Both the position numbers and the translations under genes were made by a program. DNA of 64,000 bases, from assembly GCA_963728595.1 (NCBI GenBank), contig CAVSLF010000004.1, positions 1 through 64,000 of the forward strand. The letters are read 5' to 3'. The stretch's first letter is position 1; each line of letters starts with the position of its first letter. The notes under the pieces were generated by a model that had not been told where the DNA came from, ran no database searches, and saw nothing but the letters and a program-made list of their open reading frames with translations. The DNA comes from an uncultured Nitrososphaeraceae archaeon. Lineage in GTDB: Archaea > Thermoproteota > Nitrososphaeria > Nitrososphaerales > Nitrososphaeraceae. This document shows positions 1-9,022 of this stretch, one piece after another.

Positions 1-164
1 GGAATTAGGTATAATTCCGCACCGAGGGCCATCTGTCGAACGAAGAGTCATGCTGATCTAGGCTTTAAAATTACGAACTTAAAGACATGTAAATATTATT
101 ACTTCAACAAAGGTTAGTGTAAGCGTAGATTAACTAATATATCAACTCAGTATGAAGATAATAC

Positions 165-287
165 ATGCAGGTCCTGAGAGAAGATGAAATATATTCAAAC
201 TTTTACCACAGTTTAAGATCTGCAAGGACTAAACAAGTGTTGTACTGTTTGAAAACAGTGTTCACTAATAAGGGTTTACCCAATTAA
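165..287 (+). pseudogene. Probable N-terminal remnant of a tyrosine integrase/recombinase
   Basis: Manual translation MQVLREDEIYSNFYHSLRSARTKQVLYCLKTVFTNKGLPN*; resembles from memory the N-terminal helix region of thaumarchaeal integrases; no catalytic domain follows. Confidence 0.45.
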
Positions 288-424
288 CCGGATATGTCCA
301 AGTTAATCAAAATAAGTGACGGCACTTATACAAAATTGGGCCAGTATGGCCCGTGGACCGATACAATGGACTCCATAATTTCCCGGCTGTTGGAAGGCGT
401 GGAGAGCCCTAGTAAAAAATAGGC

Positions 425-792
425 ATGTCAGCGACCGAAGAATTAATTCAAACAGTTTACGAGTTTAAAGGTTTGCTAAAGTATCTTGGCGAACGGTATC
501 CAAAGATACTAAAAGAGTGGAAATTAGCCATAATGAGGCGTTCGATTTATTATACAAAGAGGCCTGGCGTCAGGAAGAAGCAGCGATGGGTAATTCCACG
601 TTACCAACAGTTCTTGATAAACTCAGCATGGTTGCAAATATTAACACAAGAAAATTAATAGAACTTAAGAAAGCAGAAATTAAAATTAAGGATGCGAAAA
701 TTCAGGCACTTCAAGAAATCATCGATTCACTCGAAGTGAAGATAAACGATCAAGCACGCCGCTTAGATGTTTTATATTCAAATAAAGAATAA
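425..792 (+). pseudogene. Hypothetical coiled-coil protein split by a probable frameshift near 515
   Basis: ORFs 425..658 and 517..792 overlap; one extra base in aaagagtggaa joins MSATEELIQ...PKILK(E) to VEISHNEAFDLLYKE...; C-terminal heptad-like helix. Confidence 0.5.
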
Positions 793-1173
793 CGTTATCT
801 TTAGCCCGAGGCTTGTGTTAGCGGGAGGGAGGGACATAAAAAAAAACCGAATTGTCTCCTTCTGTAGGTGGAATAGGTTATTTCTGAAATAAACAGGAAT
901 TTAAAAGTATTATAGCACCTCTAACTCTTACGATTTGTAGATAATATTTGCCTGAACATGGAGAACATGACCAGAAATTAAACAAATGGTTTTGTAGTTA
1001 TTGGATGACCGAGGACAAATGGATCGATATACATGGCTATTCTCCTAAGTCAAGAGCCGAGAAAGAAAAAGATAGTGATGACATTTTAGAGGAGCAAAAG
1101 TAACAAGTTCAATTTTTGGTAAATCTGAACAGCGACATGCTCTACGAAGAGAAAGTATCGTGAAAAAGGAATC

Positions 1174-1218
1174 ATAGCGGGCATAGTACCCGACTAGAGA
1201 CGGGGAGTTATCTTAGGT
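1174..1218 (+). repeat. Dispersed repeat family A, copy 1
   Basis: atagcgggcatagtacccgactagagacggggagttatcttaggt; aligns with copies at 3827, 5346 and 5431. Confidence 0.75.
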
Positions 1219-1284
1219 TATCACATTATTCCGAATTATGATACGTATAATTACAAGCAAAGCGATTTTTGTTAGTTTACATTA

Positions 1285-2076
1285 ATGAGTAAAGTGTGGC
1301 CAAACTGTCAAAACCTCAGTAAATTGATAATGGTCACATGTAGCGTCCTTCTCTTCTTAATTATAATCCCGCCAAATACCCATGCTCAAGAGAATCCAGC
1401 AGAAGACATAATCAAAAAGTCCCAAGAAAATTTGCAAAAATTTGAAAACAAATCTGCCAATACGGTTCAACCTTCGGCTCAGAAATCTGTTGATACTCAT
1501 AATAAGACTAAAGAAAAGAGCCCTTCACAATCACTACAAACGGATTCGCTGGAACCCACGCCTCAACAGACTCAAGTATTATCTCAAACAGGAAATAGTT
1601 ACGTTAACGAATATTGCGGGGTATCGATTGAATTACCTAACGGTTGGACTGCAACAGAGTCTGACTTCACGTATCAAGATAAGTCCAAGACTTTGGCGTA
1701 TATACATTCCGAAAATGATGATGTTTTCCAATTAGAATTTGCCTTAGAGAATTACGGAATTGCAAAATATTCTCCCAAGGAAATAGTAACCTCTGAAAGG
1801 GACTATGCGAATCTGTCACCAAATGCGCATATTTTAAAGTCTGAGAGCGGCAAAATCAATGGCTTCCCTAGTTACAAAATAGCATATAGTACGGGTTCCC
1901 CGGGAGAATATGAATTCTATATGATGGACGTTCTAATAGTGGCATATGATCGAGAATATAGAATACTTTATCAGGCAGCAAATAAAGCCGAATTCGATAT
2001 ATACGGATCGAAAATCGAAGATATGGCTAAGACTATAAAAATAATTAAGTCAGAGTATGAAGGAATAAATTGTTAG
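1285..2076 (+). CDS. Secreted PsbP-like domain protein
   Basis: N-terminal hydrophobic signal, low-complexity linker, YVNEYCGVSIELPNGW start and ...KIEDMAKTIKI end typical of PsbP/Mog1-like folds. Confidence 0.7.
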   Translation: MSKVWPNCQNLSKLIMVTCSVLLFLIIIPPNTHAQENPAEDIIKKSQENLQKFENKSANTVQPSAQKSVDTHNKTKEKSPSQSLQTDSLEPTPQQTQVLSQTGNSYVNEYCGVSIELPNGWTATESDFTYQDKSKTLAYIHSENDDVFQLEFALENYGIAKYSPKEIVTSERDYANLSPNAHILKSESGKINGFPSYKIAYSTGSPGEYEFYMMDVLIVAYDREYRILYQAANKAEFDIYGSKIEDMAKTIKIIKSEYEGINC

Positions 2077-2169
2077 GCGTTCCGTAAAACGTGAGCTAGT
2101 CGACACGATGTTTTCCTCAGATTGGAAAAATTTGCTGAGAAATGAAAATTTTCATTCGATTAGTATAAA

Positions 2170-2871
2170 ATGAAAGATTTTCCAGATGTTTTTTCCAAAT
2201 ATCTTATTATAAAGCGCACTTTATCAAAAATTGTGAATATTAGGGAAGACGAACGAACCAAAGCGCGAACTATTTTATCTCTTTTGACCGTATCATTGTT
2301 GATAGTCTTAGTTTCCTCGGTAGGAATTATCCAAAATAACACGGCCATTGCTGCTTCGAACACAATCTTCAAACAGAAGTTTAAAGACAGTTTTGCTCGT
2401 GCAGTAAAAATAACCACAGAGGGAAACATCATTACGCAACTTAGTGCAGAGGCCCACAAGGACCTCTCCGGAAATACAGTAGTCACTCTTTTCCTTCAGA
2501 GAACTGACAAAAATACAGGTACGCCTCTTACCATATTTTTCGGCTCCGGGCCAGGCCAACTAACGATAGGCGGTGGCCTCAGTTCAGCAACATTTTCCGG
2601 CACTGTTACAGGTCCCGACTTTGTTACTGGCGAAGATAAGACCGCAACGGTAAACTCCCAATTGTCTGCAACAGGAAAAGTGCGAACATCTACATTTGGG
2701 TCCCATGAGAGTACCCGGGACTTAACTCAAGTAATCAAAATCCAGGGGAGTTTTAGACCTGCTAGCGGTTCCGTTACTATCGCCGGCGACTTAACTTTTA
2801 GTTCTGATGGGGGGGGAGGCGGCTTAATAGGAATTGCGAAACAAGGGTTAATAACAGTTAATAAACACTAG
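2170..2871 (+). CDS. Secreted/membrane-anchored beta-rich hypothetical protein (true start probably downstream)
   Basis: 233-aa ORF, hydrophobic segment ILSLLTVSLLIVLVSSVGII then Gly/Thr-rich beta strands. Confidence 0.7.
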   Translation: MKDFPDVFSKYLIIKRTLSKIVNIREDERTKARTILSLLTVSLLIVLVSSVGIIQNNTAIAASNTIFKQKFKDSFARAVKITTEGNIITQLSAEAHKDLSGNTVVTLFLQRTDKNTGTPLTIFFGSGPGQLTIGGGLSSATFSGTVTGPDFVTGEDKTATVNSQLSATGKVRTSTFGSHESTRDLTQVIKIQGSFRPASGSVTIAGDLTFSSDGGGGGLIGIAKQGLITVNKH

Positions 2872-3112
2872 TTGGGTCTTTGCTAAAGTAGATCTGTCTG
2901 ACTTGTCCCATCCGCAAGGACCAAATCAAATTCGTCTGGCCTTAACCATAACTCTTGTAATCCATAAACTAATCGTTCGCTTGCAACATATAGCATTCAG
3001 CTCGTGCTAGTGAGGGAGGGATATTCAACTTTGTTATAGGTTTGCAATACTTTCTACTGCAACTATAACTAATATCAGGGACAAACCGATTACAGAGGGA
3101 GAGGATTCGGTT

Positions 3113-3214
3113 ATGTCCGAATTTGTAATACTATTAGTTCCGTTCATTATTGTACTTCTTGCGAGCACTGGGATTGAAAGGCATGATAAACGACCGAAAA
3201 GCAGTCGCAGATAA
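3113..3214 (+). CDS. Possible small membrane peptide (33 aa)
   Basis: MSEFVILLVPFIIVLLASTGIERHDKRPKSSRR*, purine-rich gagggagagga upstream. Confidence 0.35.
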   Translation: MSEFVILLVPFIIVLLASTGIERHDKRPKSSRR

Positions 3215-3256
3215 ATAATAATTCTAAGTGTGTAAAGATATCAACGTACTTTAGAA

Positions 3257-3397
3257 ATGATTAGCGACGAAATCAGGGAGTTATACAACAAGGGAGGTAA
3301 ACATGAGTATCTTGTTTGTAAAAGATGTGCTCAGGAGTGTACTGGAACATGGAAAGGGCTATGTATAGATTGTATGAGAAAACTCCCCGAAGAATAG
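3257..3397 (+). CDS. Small CxxC..CxxC zinc-finger protein (46 aa), absent from ORF track
   Basis: MISDEIRELYNKGGKHEYLVCKRCAQECTGTWKGLCIDCMRKLPEE*. Confidence 0.6.
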   Translation: MISDEIRELYNKGGKHEYLVCKRCAQECTGTWKGLCIDCMRKLPEE

Positions 3398-3431
3398 AAG
3401 GTTTATTTTCTTAAAGACTGCATATACAAGC

Positions 3432-3719
3432 ACGTCCAAATTCACCCGTAATCAAAGAGATCTAATTAAGAACATAATCGCCATGCTATCTATTAAGAGG
3501 ATACCAGAACAAGAAATCATCAAGGCCGTATTTGACCAGACAAACGAGACCATATCTGAAAGGTATCTATATGCTGTTAAACAACAAATCAAACGCGAAT
3601 CGTATCAGTGGTACAAAACTATGAGAGAGGGCGAATATGAGTATATTTACGAATTCAGGGAACGTGTAAGTGAAATAATGTCATTGTCTACAGGCCAGCA
3701 AGCAGTACTTACCCTGTGA
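3432..3719 (+). pseudogene. Truncated paralog of the terminase small subunit-like gene at 5504
   Basis: (ACG)SKFTRNQRDLIKNIIAMLSIKRIPEQEIIKAVFDQTNETISERYLY...YEFRERVSEIMSL aligns with residues 1-85 of 5504..5956, then similarity stops. Confidence 0.85.
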
Positions 3720-3826
3720 AGACTCTTCAGACGGATGTCAACGATTGATGCATTAGGCCCTTCAGAGTTAGAGTATTCGTTAGTTTGTGGGGGATTAGGT
3801 GTATCCATTATTCAGACCTGCAACTA

Positions 3827-3911
3827 ATAGCGGGGATAGTACCGGCCAGAGAAGTGGAGTTATCTTTGGTAGTGGAGTTATCTTTGGTAGTGGAGTTATC
3901 TTTGGTAGTGG
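3827..3911 (+). repeat. Dispersed repeat family A, copy 2, whose 18-bp tail (agtggagttatctttggt) is tandemly triplicated at 3853-3906
   Basis: atagcggggatagtaccggccagagaagtggagttatctttggt followed by two more exact 18-mers. Confidence 0.85.
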
Positions 3912-3990
3912 CATTATACCGAAACAAGATATCTATAATTACAAACAAAATAATTATTGTTAGGTTACATTACATGAGTAAAAAATCCAT

Positions 3991-4010
3991 AAAAAAAGAA
4001 AAAAGAAAGA
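3991..4010 (-). terminator. Oligo-T archaeal terminator candidate
   Basis: A-tract on + strand directly after the stop of the minus-strand RTX-repeat gene. Confidence 0.5.
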
Positions 4011-4017
4011 GTTTTTC

Positions 4018-4602
4018 CTAGAATGTTTCGCAATCAGAAGTCTTGATGTCCTCGCTAGGATTAAAATCGATTATCTTGTCGTTTCCAGAACCGCATACAA
4101 AGGAATCCTTACCTGCTCCGCCCGATAAGGTATCATCTCCATCTTCGCCCTTTAACTGATCGTTCCCTGTATCACAACCACCGACACAACCTTCACCATG
4201 AATTTCATCGTTGCCACTACCACCTATGATAACATCAACTCCATTATCACCGAACAGCAAATCATCTCCACCTTCGCCAAATATTTTGTCAATTCCGTCA
4301 TGACCTCCAATGAAATCCTTGTCAGGGCCTCCGTATAATACGTCGTTTCCGCTTCTCCCCGATATTCCGTCTTCTCCAGGTCCTCCTTGCACGGTATCAT
4401 CTCCACCATTTGCTTCTACAATGTCGTTACCTGCAAACGCTAGGATTGTATCCTTGTCGTTTGTTCCGCCAAGCTTGTCATTTCCTGGGGTACCTTGGAT
4501 GGTCTCACCCATTACACTCGTCACTGGTACCGTCAGTCCGAAGATCAGCGCACCGAGTATCACCGTAACACTTAACATTTTTGTCATTAATGATCTGCCC
4601 AA
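4018..4602 (-). CDS. Secreted calcium-binding protein with RTX/hemolysin-type nonapeptide repeats
   Basis: Signal peptide then many GGxGxDxLx repeats (GGPGEDGIS, GGSGNDEIH, GGAGKDSFV). Confidence 0.9.
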   Translation of the reverse strand: MGRSLMTKMLSVTVILGALIFGLTVPVTSVMGETIQGTPGNDKLGGTNDKDTILAFAGNDIVEANGGDDTVQGGPGEDGISGRSGNDVLYGGPDKDFIGGHDGIDKIFGEGGDDLLFGDNGVDVIIGGSGNDEIHGEGCVGGCDTGNDQLKGEDGDDTLSGGAGKDSFVCGSGNDKIIDFNPSEDIKTSDCETF

Positions 4603-4820
4603 TTGTGTTGTTAATTAATTTTATGGTACGGAAGATTATTTTGTAAATATATAATTGCAGTGCAATTTTTGTTACTGTAAACAATGACGGCCTTAGACCT
4701 GGCGATGCTGTTGTTAATGAACCAAAAATCAATGACTGGTACGTTGGGTGGATATGTGGCAGTAGTAGTAGCATTTCTGATTGCCCGCAGTGTACCGGTA
4801 TCAATTGTCTTTCTTCATTC

Positions 4821-4892
4821 CTAGTTCTTTCGACTGATTATGCCTGTTTTCAATAGCCTAGAACTTCTAGTGTAGAACTGCTCCTTGGTTAT
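4821..4892 (-). pseudogene. Short remnant of the winged-HTH regulator family seen at 20091, 30729 and 35479
   Basis: ITKEQFYTRSSRLLKTGIISRKN* matches LTRKQFYSKMERLIKQGLLVRR and LSAKAFYSRMSRLLKIGVITRK. Confidence 0.7.
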
Positions 4893-4997
4893 GTAAGTTA
4901 TGCAAGCACCCGTTTCAACCTGAGATCTATCTGGCCCAGCGTTAACGGCTGCTGATGTTGCGGTTCTTGCTTCTTACATTTGTGAATCGCCCCCGAG

Positions 4998-5303
4998 CTA
5001 ACTATTACGATTTAGCCAGGCTAGGAGTGACGCGTTGCTCATGTTACCGGTCACGTTTCCGACCATTGTTCCATTAGTCAACTTACATGATTCAGGTATG
5101 TTCGAAGATTCTTGCGAAGATTGTGTAAGTGGACAGTGAGGTATAAGGGGCTCAGTGGAAGGGGGCCTTCCTATACTGAAATGGTACTGTTGAGCATCAA
5201 CATTTCCTGATTCAGATAGACCAAAGAGAACGAAGCATCCAAACATCGCTATTAAAATTGAGAGACAGTACCTTCTCATAAGAGAACCTGTGGGAAAGAA
5301 CAA
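4998..5303 (-). CDS. Small secreted hypothetical protein
   Basis: Signal peptide ending VDA-Q, two Cys, several N-x-S/T sequons. Confidence 0.55.
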   Translation of the reverse strand: MFFPTGSLMRRYCLSILIAMFGCFVLFGLSESGNVDAQQYHFSIGRPPSTEPLIPHCPLTQSSQESSNIPESCKLTNGTMVGNVTGNMSNASLLAWLNRNS

Positions 5304-5345
5304 GTTAAAGTTTGTGTCGAATTAGGGCTAATTCAAATGCTACGA

Positions 5346-5465
5346 ATATCGAGAATAGTACCGGCTGGAGAGAGAGTGGACTGGCAATTTTCCTGAGATC
5401 CGGCGAATTTCTACACTGGATCGTTATTGTCCGGGCATAGTACCGGCCAGAGAGGGGGCGGGAGT
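5346..5465 (+). repeat. Dispersed repeat family A, copies 3 (5346-5380) and 4 (5431-5465)
   Basis: atagtaccggctggagaga and cgggcatagtaccggccagagagggggcgggagt immediately upstream of the terminase-like promoter. Confidence 0.75.
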
Positions 5466-5503
5466 AAACAAACTTTATCTTCCTAAAAGGTGAATACACA
5501 AGC
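5466..5503 (+). promoter_or_regulatory. BRE/TATA-like promoter of the terminase-like operon (leaderless)
   Basis: aaacaaacTTTATCT about 24-30 nt before the GTG; the same spacing and TTTATTTTCTTA motif precede the paralogs at 3432 and 12357. Confidence 0.6.
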
Positions 5504-5956
5504 GTGTACAAGTTCACAAATGGGGAGAGAGCATCAGTCAAGTCCCTTATCGCTTCTCTAACTATAAAGAGAATCCCGGAGCCAGATATCATTAAGGCCA
5601 TATTCAACCAGACAGGTAAGACGATAAGTGACAGATACCTGTACTCGCTAAAGGCGCAAATAGAAAAAGAAAGTTATGGATGGTATAAGGCAATGCAGCA
5701 GAGCCAGTACACCTATGTGCACGAGTTCAAAGAACGTATTAACGAGATCTTATGGCTACAGCGAAAACACCACGAGATCATAGACAATAATCCTAATCCA
5801 ACAATCCAACAAGCATCACTTGCAGAACTTCACAGATTGAACATAACACTTTCAAATTACTTTGCCGTAGCACCTACTATAGTTAATGACTTTACCATAC
5901 CAGCCATTACAGCCGAAGAGACAACACCAAGAGCAACAACAGAGATCATCGTCTAA
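5504..5956 (+). CDS. Putative terminase small subunit (N-terminal HTH-like, helical oligomerisation region)
   Basis: 150 aa, helical, directly upstream of and overlapping the TerL-like gene; call rests on position and size. Confidence 0.6.
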   Translation: MYKFTNGERASVKSLIASLTIKRIPEPDIIKAIFNQTGKTISDRYLYSLKAQIEKESYGWYKAMQQSQYTYVHEFKERINEILWLQRKHHEIIDNNPNPTIQQASLAELHRLNITLSNYFAVAPTIVNDFTIPAITAEETTPRATTEIIV

Positions 5957-7364
5957 CCTCTCCATCATTCGAGGTCTTCCTTTCTGGATCTGGGATAAAG
6001 AGGTCCATAGGCAACGAGCATTTAGTACAAAGGGTAATTGTTGTTTTAACCACGTGTGTGGACTCCCAACCAAAGACAGGAAGGAATACCCATTATTTGA
6101 TTATGAGAAACTTTTGTATGATACATTAATGCTACCCTCGGAAGATTCTTCCAAAGGTTCGTTTAAGGATAAGCATCTCTGGTGTCTTAAATCCACAGGG
6201 TTAGGAGTCAGTGAATTCTTTCTAAGATTGATGGCATGGCTTTGCACTTCCACTAATGAGTACAAGAATACTCAAATGTGCATTGTAACAGGTCCCAATA
6301 TTGACCTTGCAACCAAGTTAATCAAACGTTTGAAGGCAATCTTTTCTAATAAACTAGGAATATACTTTACCAATAAAGAGACTGTCCTAGAATTAAACGG
6401 TTGTATGATAGAAGCATATCCATCCAACCACTTGGACTCATTTAGATCATTAACCAATCCCAAGTTCATATTTCTGGATGAGGCCGATATGTTCAGGAAG
6501 GGAGAACAGGAAGATGTTAGACATGTTAGTGAGCGATATATCGGTAAATCAGATCCATACATTGTAATGGTATCAACTCCAAACGCTCCTGGAGGACTAT
6601 TCTATAATATTGAAAATGAACCAGAAGATACCTGTTTATACAAGCGTCTAAAGTTGGATTGGACCGTAGGTCTTCACAAGATCTACACAGAAGAGGAGAT
6701 AGAGAATGCCAAACACTCTCCATCATTTGACAGGGAATATGGATTACAGTATCTTGGAAAGGTGGGTAACGTGTTCAGTCCATCACAGATTGATAAGGCA
6801 ATACAACTAGGTGAATTATACAAAGGCATTCCGGACAACAATTATACTCTTTATAGTGCGGGTTTGGATTTTGGCTTCGGATCAAGTAATACTGCAATTG
6901 TCGTCACTCAATTTTTGAAGGAAGAAAGGAAGATCCGTGTACTGCATAGTCAAGAATGGGAGCATGCCAACTCACAGGACATTGTAGATTTCTGTTTTGA
7001 CTTGTATCGAAAGCATTGGAACCTATTTTTTTGGGTGGACGGGTCGAATAGAGCAGCGACGAACCTACTAAAAGTGGCATTCAACGAATCTCTAAAATGG
7101 GAAACAAGCAAAGAAGGCCCTAATCCAGAAACTATGCGGGTCCTGCCAGTATCGTTTGCCACGGAACACAAACAAATGTTAGCCCACTTGCACATGCTGA
7201 TAAACAAGGAATATTTGGCGATACCCGAACAGTTCGACAAGTTGATTATTTCACTCAGGACAGCATATACAAAATCAGAATATTCATTAGACAAAGAACA
7301 AACTTCATACTCCGATAGCATTGACGCTTTACGATTGGCGTGCAAAATGTATAAAATGAAATAG
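5886..7364 (+). CDS. Terminase large subunit-like ATPase/nuclease
   Basis: Deviant Walker A KSTGLGVSE, Walker B FIFLDEAD, coupling motif VSTPN, RNase H-like nuclease acidic motifs GLDFG, WVDGS and SDSIDALR. Confidence 0.88.
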   Translation: MTLPYQPLQPKRQHQEQQQRSSSNLSIIRGLPFWIWDKEVHRQRAFSTKGNCCFNHVCGLPTKDRKEYPLFDYEKLLYDTLMLPSEDSSKGSFKDKHLWCLKSTGLGVSEFFLRLMAWLCTSTNEYKNTQMCIVTGPNIDLATKLIKRLKAIFSNKLGIYFTNKETVLELNGCMIEAYPSNHLDSFRSLTNPKFIFLDEADMFRKGEQEDVRHVSERYIGKSDPYIVMVSTPNAPGGLFYNIENEPEDTCLYKRLKLDWTVGLHKIYTEEEIENAKHSPSFDREYGLQYLGKVGNVFSPSQIDKAIQLGELYKGIPDNNYTLYSAGLDFGFGSSNTAIVVTQFLKEERKIRVLHSQEWEHANSQDIVDFCFDLYRKHWNLFFWVDGSNRAATNLLKVAFNESLKWETSKEGPNPETMRVLPVSFATEHKQMLAHLHMLINKEYLAIPEQFDKLIISLRTAYTKSEYSLDKEQTSYSDSIDALRLACKMYKMK

Positions 7365-7436
7365 GCGAATGGACTAATAGTACGGTACATTTCTTCACTA
7401 AAACTTTAAATCGTTATTCTCGTGTCTCGTTATTAA

Positions 7437-8129
7437 ATGGGTAGCAAAAGTGTTTTCTTTCTCTGTGCCGTATTCGTCTTTGGCAGTTTGATGTTAGTAG
7501 CCGTAACTTCTCATGGATTAACTAATACATTCAATGTATATGCGGCAAATAATTGTGATGCTACTTCTACTTGCAACAACACTGAATTACTTACCCCGAA
7601 TAATCAAAATAACAATTGTAGAACTTCAATTTGTGATAATTTTGCAAATGGCTTTTTGAATACTCAAAATAACAATTGTAGAGGTTCTAGTTGTTTTAAT
7701 TTCGCACAAGATACTTCTAATACTCAAAATACCAATTGTGCAGATTCCGGTTGTTCCAATGTAGTGGCTGCGGGCAGTCGGAATACTGTTAATTTGGCTT
7801 GTAGTACAGGTTCTGGCTGCCTGGCTTCTGTTGGCGGTGATTCGAATACTGTTAATTTGGCCTGTAGAGGTACATCCTTTTGCTTTAGTTCCGCTTTTGG
7901 TGGCTCGAATACTCAAAATACCGCGTGTACAGGGACATCTCTTTGCTCCGTTGATAGTTCTAGTGGTTCGAATACTCAAAACACTGCATGTCAGTCATCG
8001 GCGTGCACGAACTTTGGTGGGGTAGATACAAATGTAGTAGCAAATTCGGCGCCTTTCTGTGCTGCCTCCGGAGATGATACGACGACGGTGTGCCAGAAAA
8101 ATCGCACATTCGTATTTCCCAATCACTAG
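7437..8129 (+). CDS. Secreted cysteine-rich repeat protein
   Basis: Signal peptide; about 7 repeats of 20-22 aa, N-T-(Q/V)-N-x-x-C-x4-5-C. Confidence 0.85.
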   Translation: MGSKSVFFLCAVFVFGSLMLVAVTSHGLTNTFNVYAANNCDATSTCNNTELLTPNNQNNNCRTSICDNFANGFLNTQNNNCRGSSCFNFAQDTSNTQNTNCADSGCSNVVAAGSRNTVNLACSTGSGCLASVGGDSNTVNLACRGTSFCFSSAFGGSNTQNTACTGTSLCSVDSSSGSNTQNTACQSSACTNFGGVDTNVVANSAPFCAASGDDTTTVCQKNRTFVFPNH

Positions 8130-8170
8130 TAAATCTAGTAAGTCATAAGATGGAGCACAAAATCACTATC

Positions 8171-8618
8171 TTACCTCTCCACATACGAAACTAACTTTGC
8201 TCCTTTCCTTAATGCGTCTTTAATGTCTTCTTCCTTATACTGTTCCAAGTCCTGTTTGAATCTCTTTATTCTCTGAGTTCTTCCTGACCTGTCAAACTTG
8301 CGGGATTCCCCGGTTTCAACTTCACCACTATTATACTTGAACGGATTACTCCTAGGTTCTGTTATAGTGCTTAGGTCTGCTTCCTGTTTTACTTCATATT
8401 TTCCATAGATTGAACCACATAAATGACATTGACGCCATAGGTCATAATCGGGAGGAATATTCGTATGTCCTGACAAATCAGGCATATATACTCTGTTCCC
8501 TAATTTAGAATGTATGTTAAACATCTCTAAACATCGTTGACAATATGTAACTTTTTCACTCTTTCCAGAATATATGGCTCGCTATTCCAGACTCTCTTAA
8601 TCTTCTTATTCCTGGCAT
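8171..8618 (-). pseudogene. Zinc-ribbon protein with a frameshift near its 5' end
   Basis: ATG at 8618 after GAGGT (MPGIRRLRESGIA); shifted frame continues YSGKSEKVTYCQRCLEMFNIH...CHLC; total length 3n+1. Confidence 0.6.
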
Positions 8619-8630
8619 ACCTCTTCTTTT

Positions 8631-8930
8631 CTATTTATCTCTCCGATTTAGTATACTCCAAAGTTTAAACCGTTCTTCTTCGCTCATATTTTGAATCCGC
8701 AATTGTTCGTCAGTGTATGAATAAGTGTATATTCCCTCGAATTCATAATCATAATAGCAGTTTTCACAAACTCTCCGTCTGAGATTAGGTGAACCTGGCC
8801 TAATTGGAATATAACATGTTGCTGGCATGCCACCAGCCTGAGGACAGCGGTAATCGTTACTACTGCATTGGGGAAACTCTGTAATTATTTCTACATCCTT
8901 ATTTTTCATGATATCAATAATCTTGGCCAT
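8631..8930 (-). CDS. Cys-containing hypothetical protein (possible metal binding)
   Basis: 99 aa, five Cys including CENC; co-oriented with and 12 nt from the 8618 gene. Confidence 0.65.
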   Translation of the reverse strand: MAKIIDIMKNKDVEIITEFPQCSSNDYRCPQAGGMPATCYIPIRPGSPNLRRRVCENCYYDYEFEGIYTYSYTDEQLRIQNMSEEERFKLWSILNRRDK

Positions 8931-9022
8931 TATTTTTAATCAGTCCTAGAGTTAGTTTCAATAACGTTATCTATTACTACCAAGTATTTATTACTAAGTT
9001 TCTCCCATTCATTTACTTATCT

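Noticed and set aside
3785..4021. 78-aa ORF with VVELSL repeats
   Set aside because: Produced by the 18-bp array in repeat A; overlaps a terminator A-tract; no coding features
5305..5607. Antisense ORFs across the terminase-like genes (also 5852..6073, 6272..6562, 6950..7390)
   Set aside because: Overlap well-supported + strand genes; no motifs
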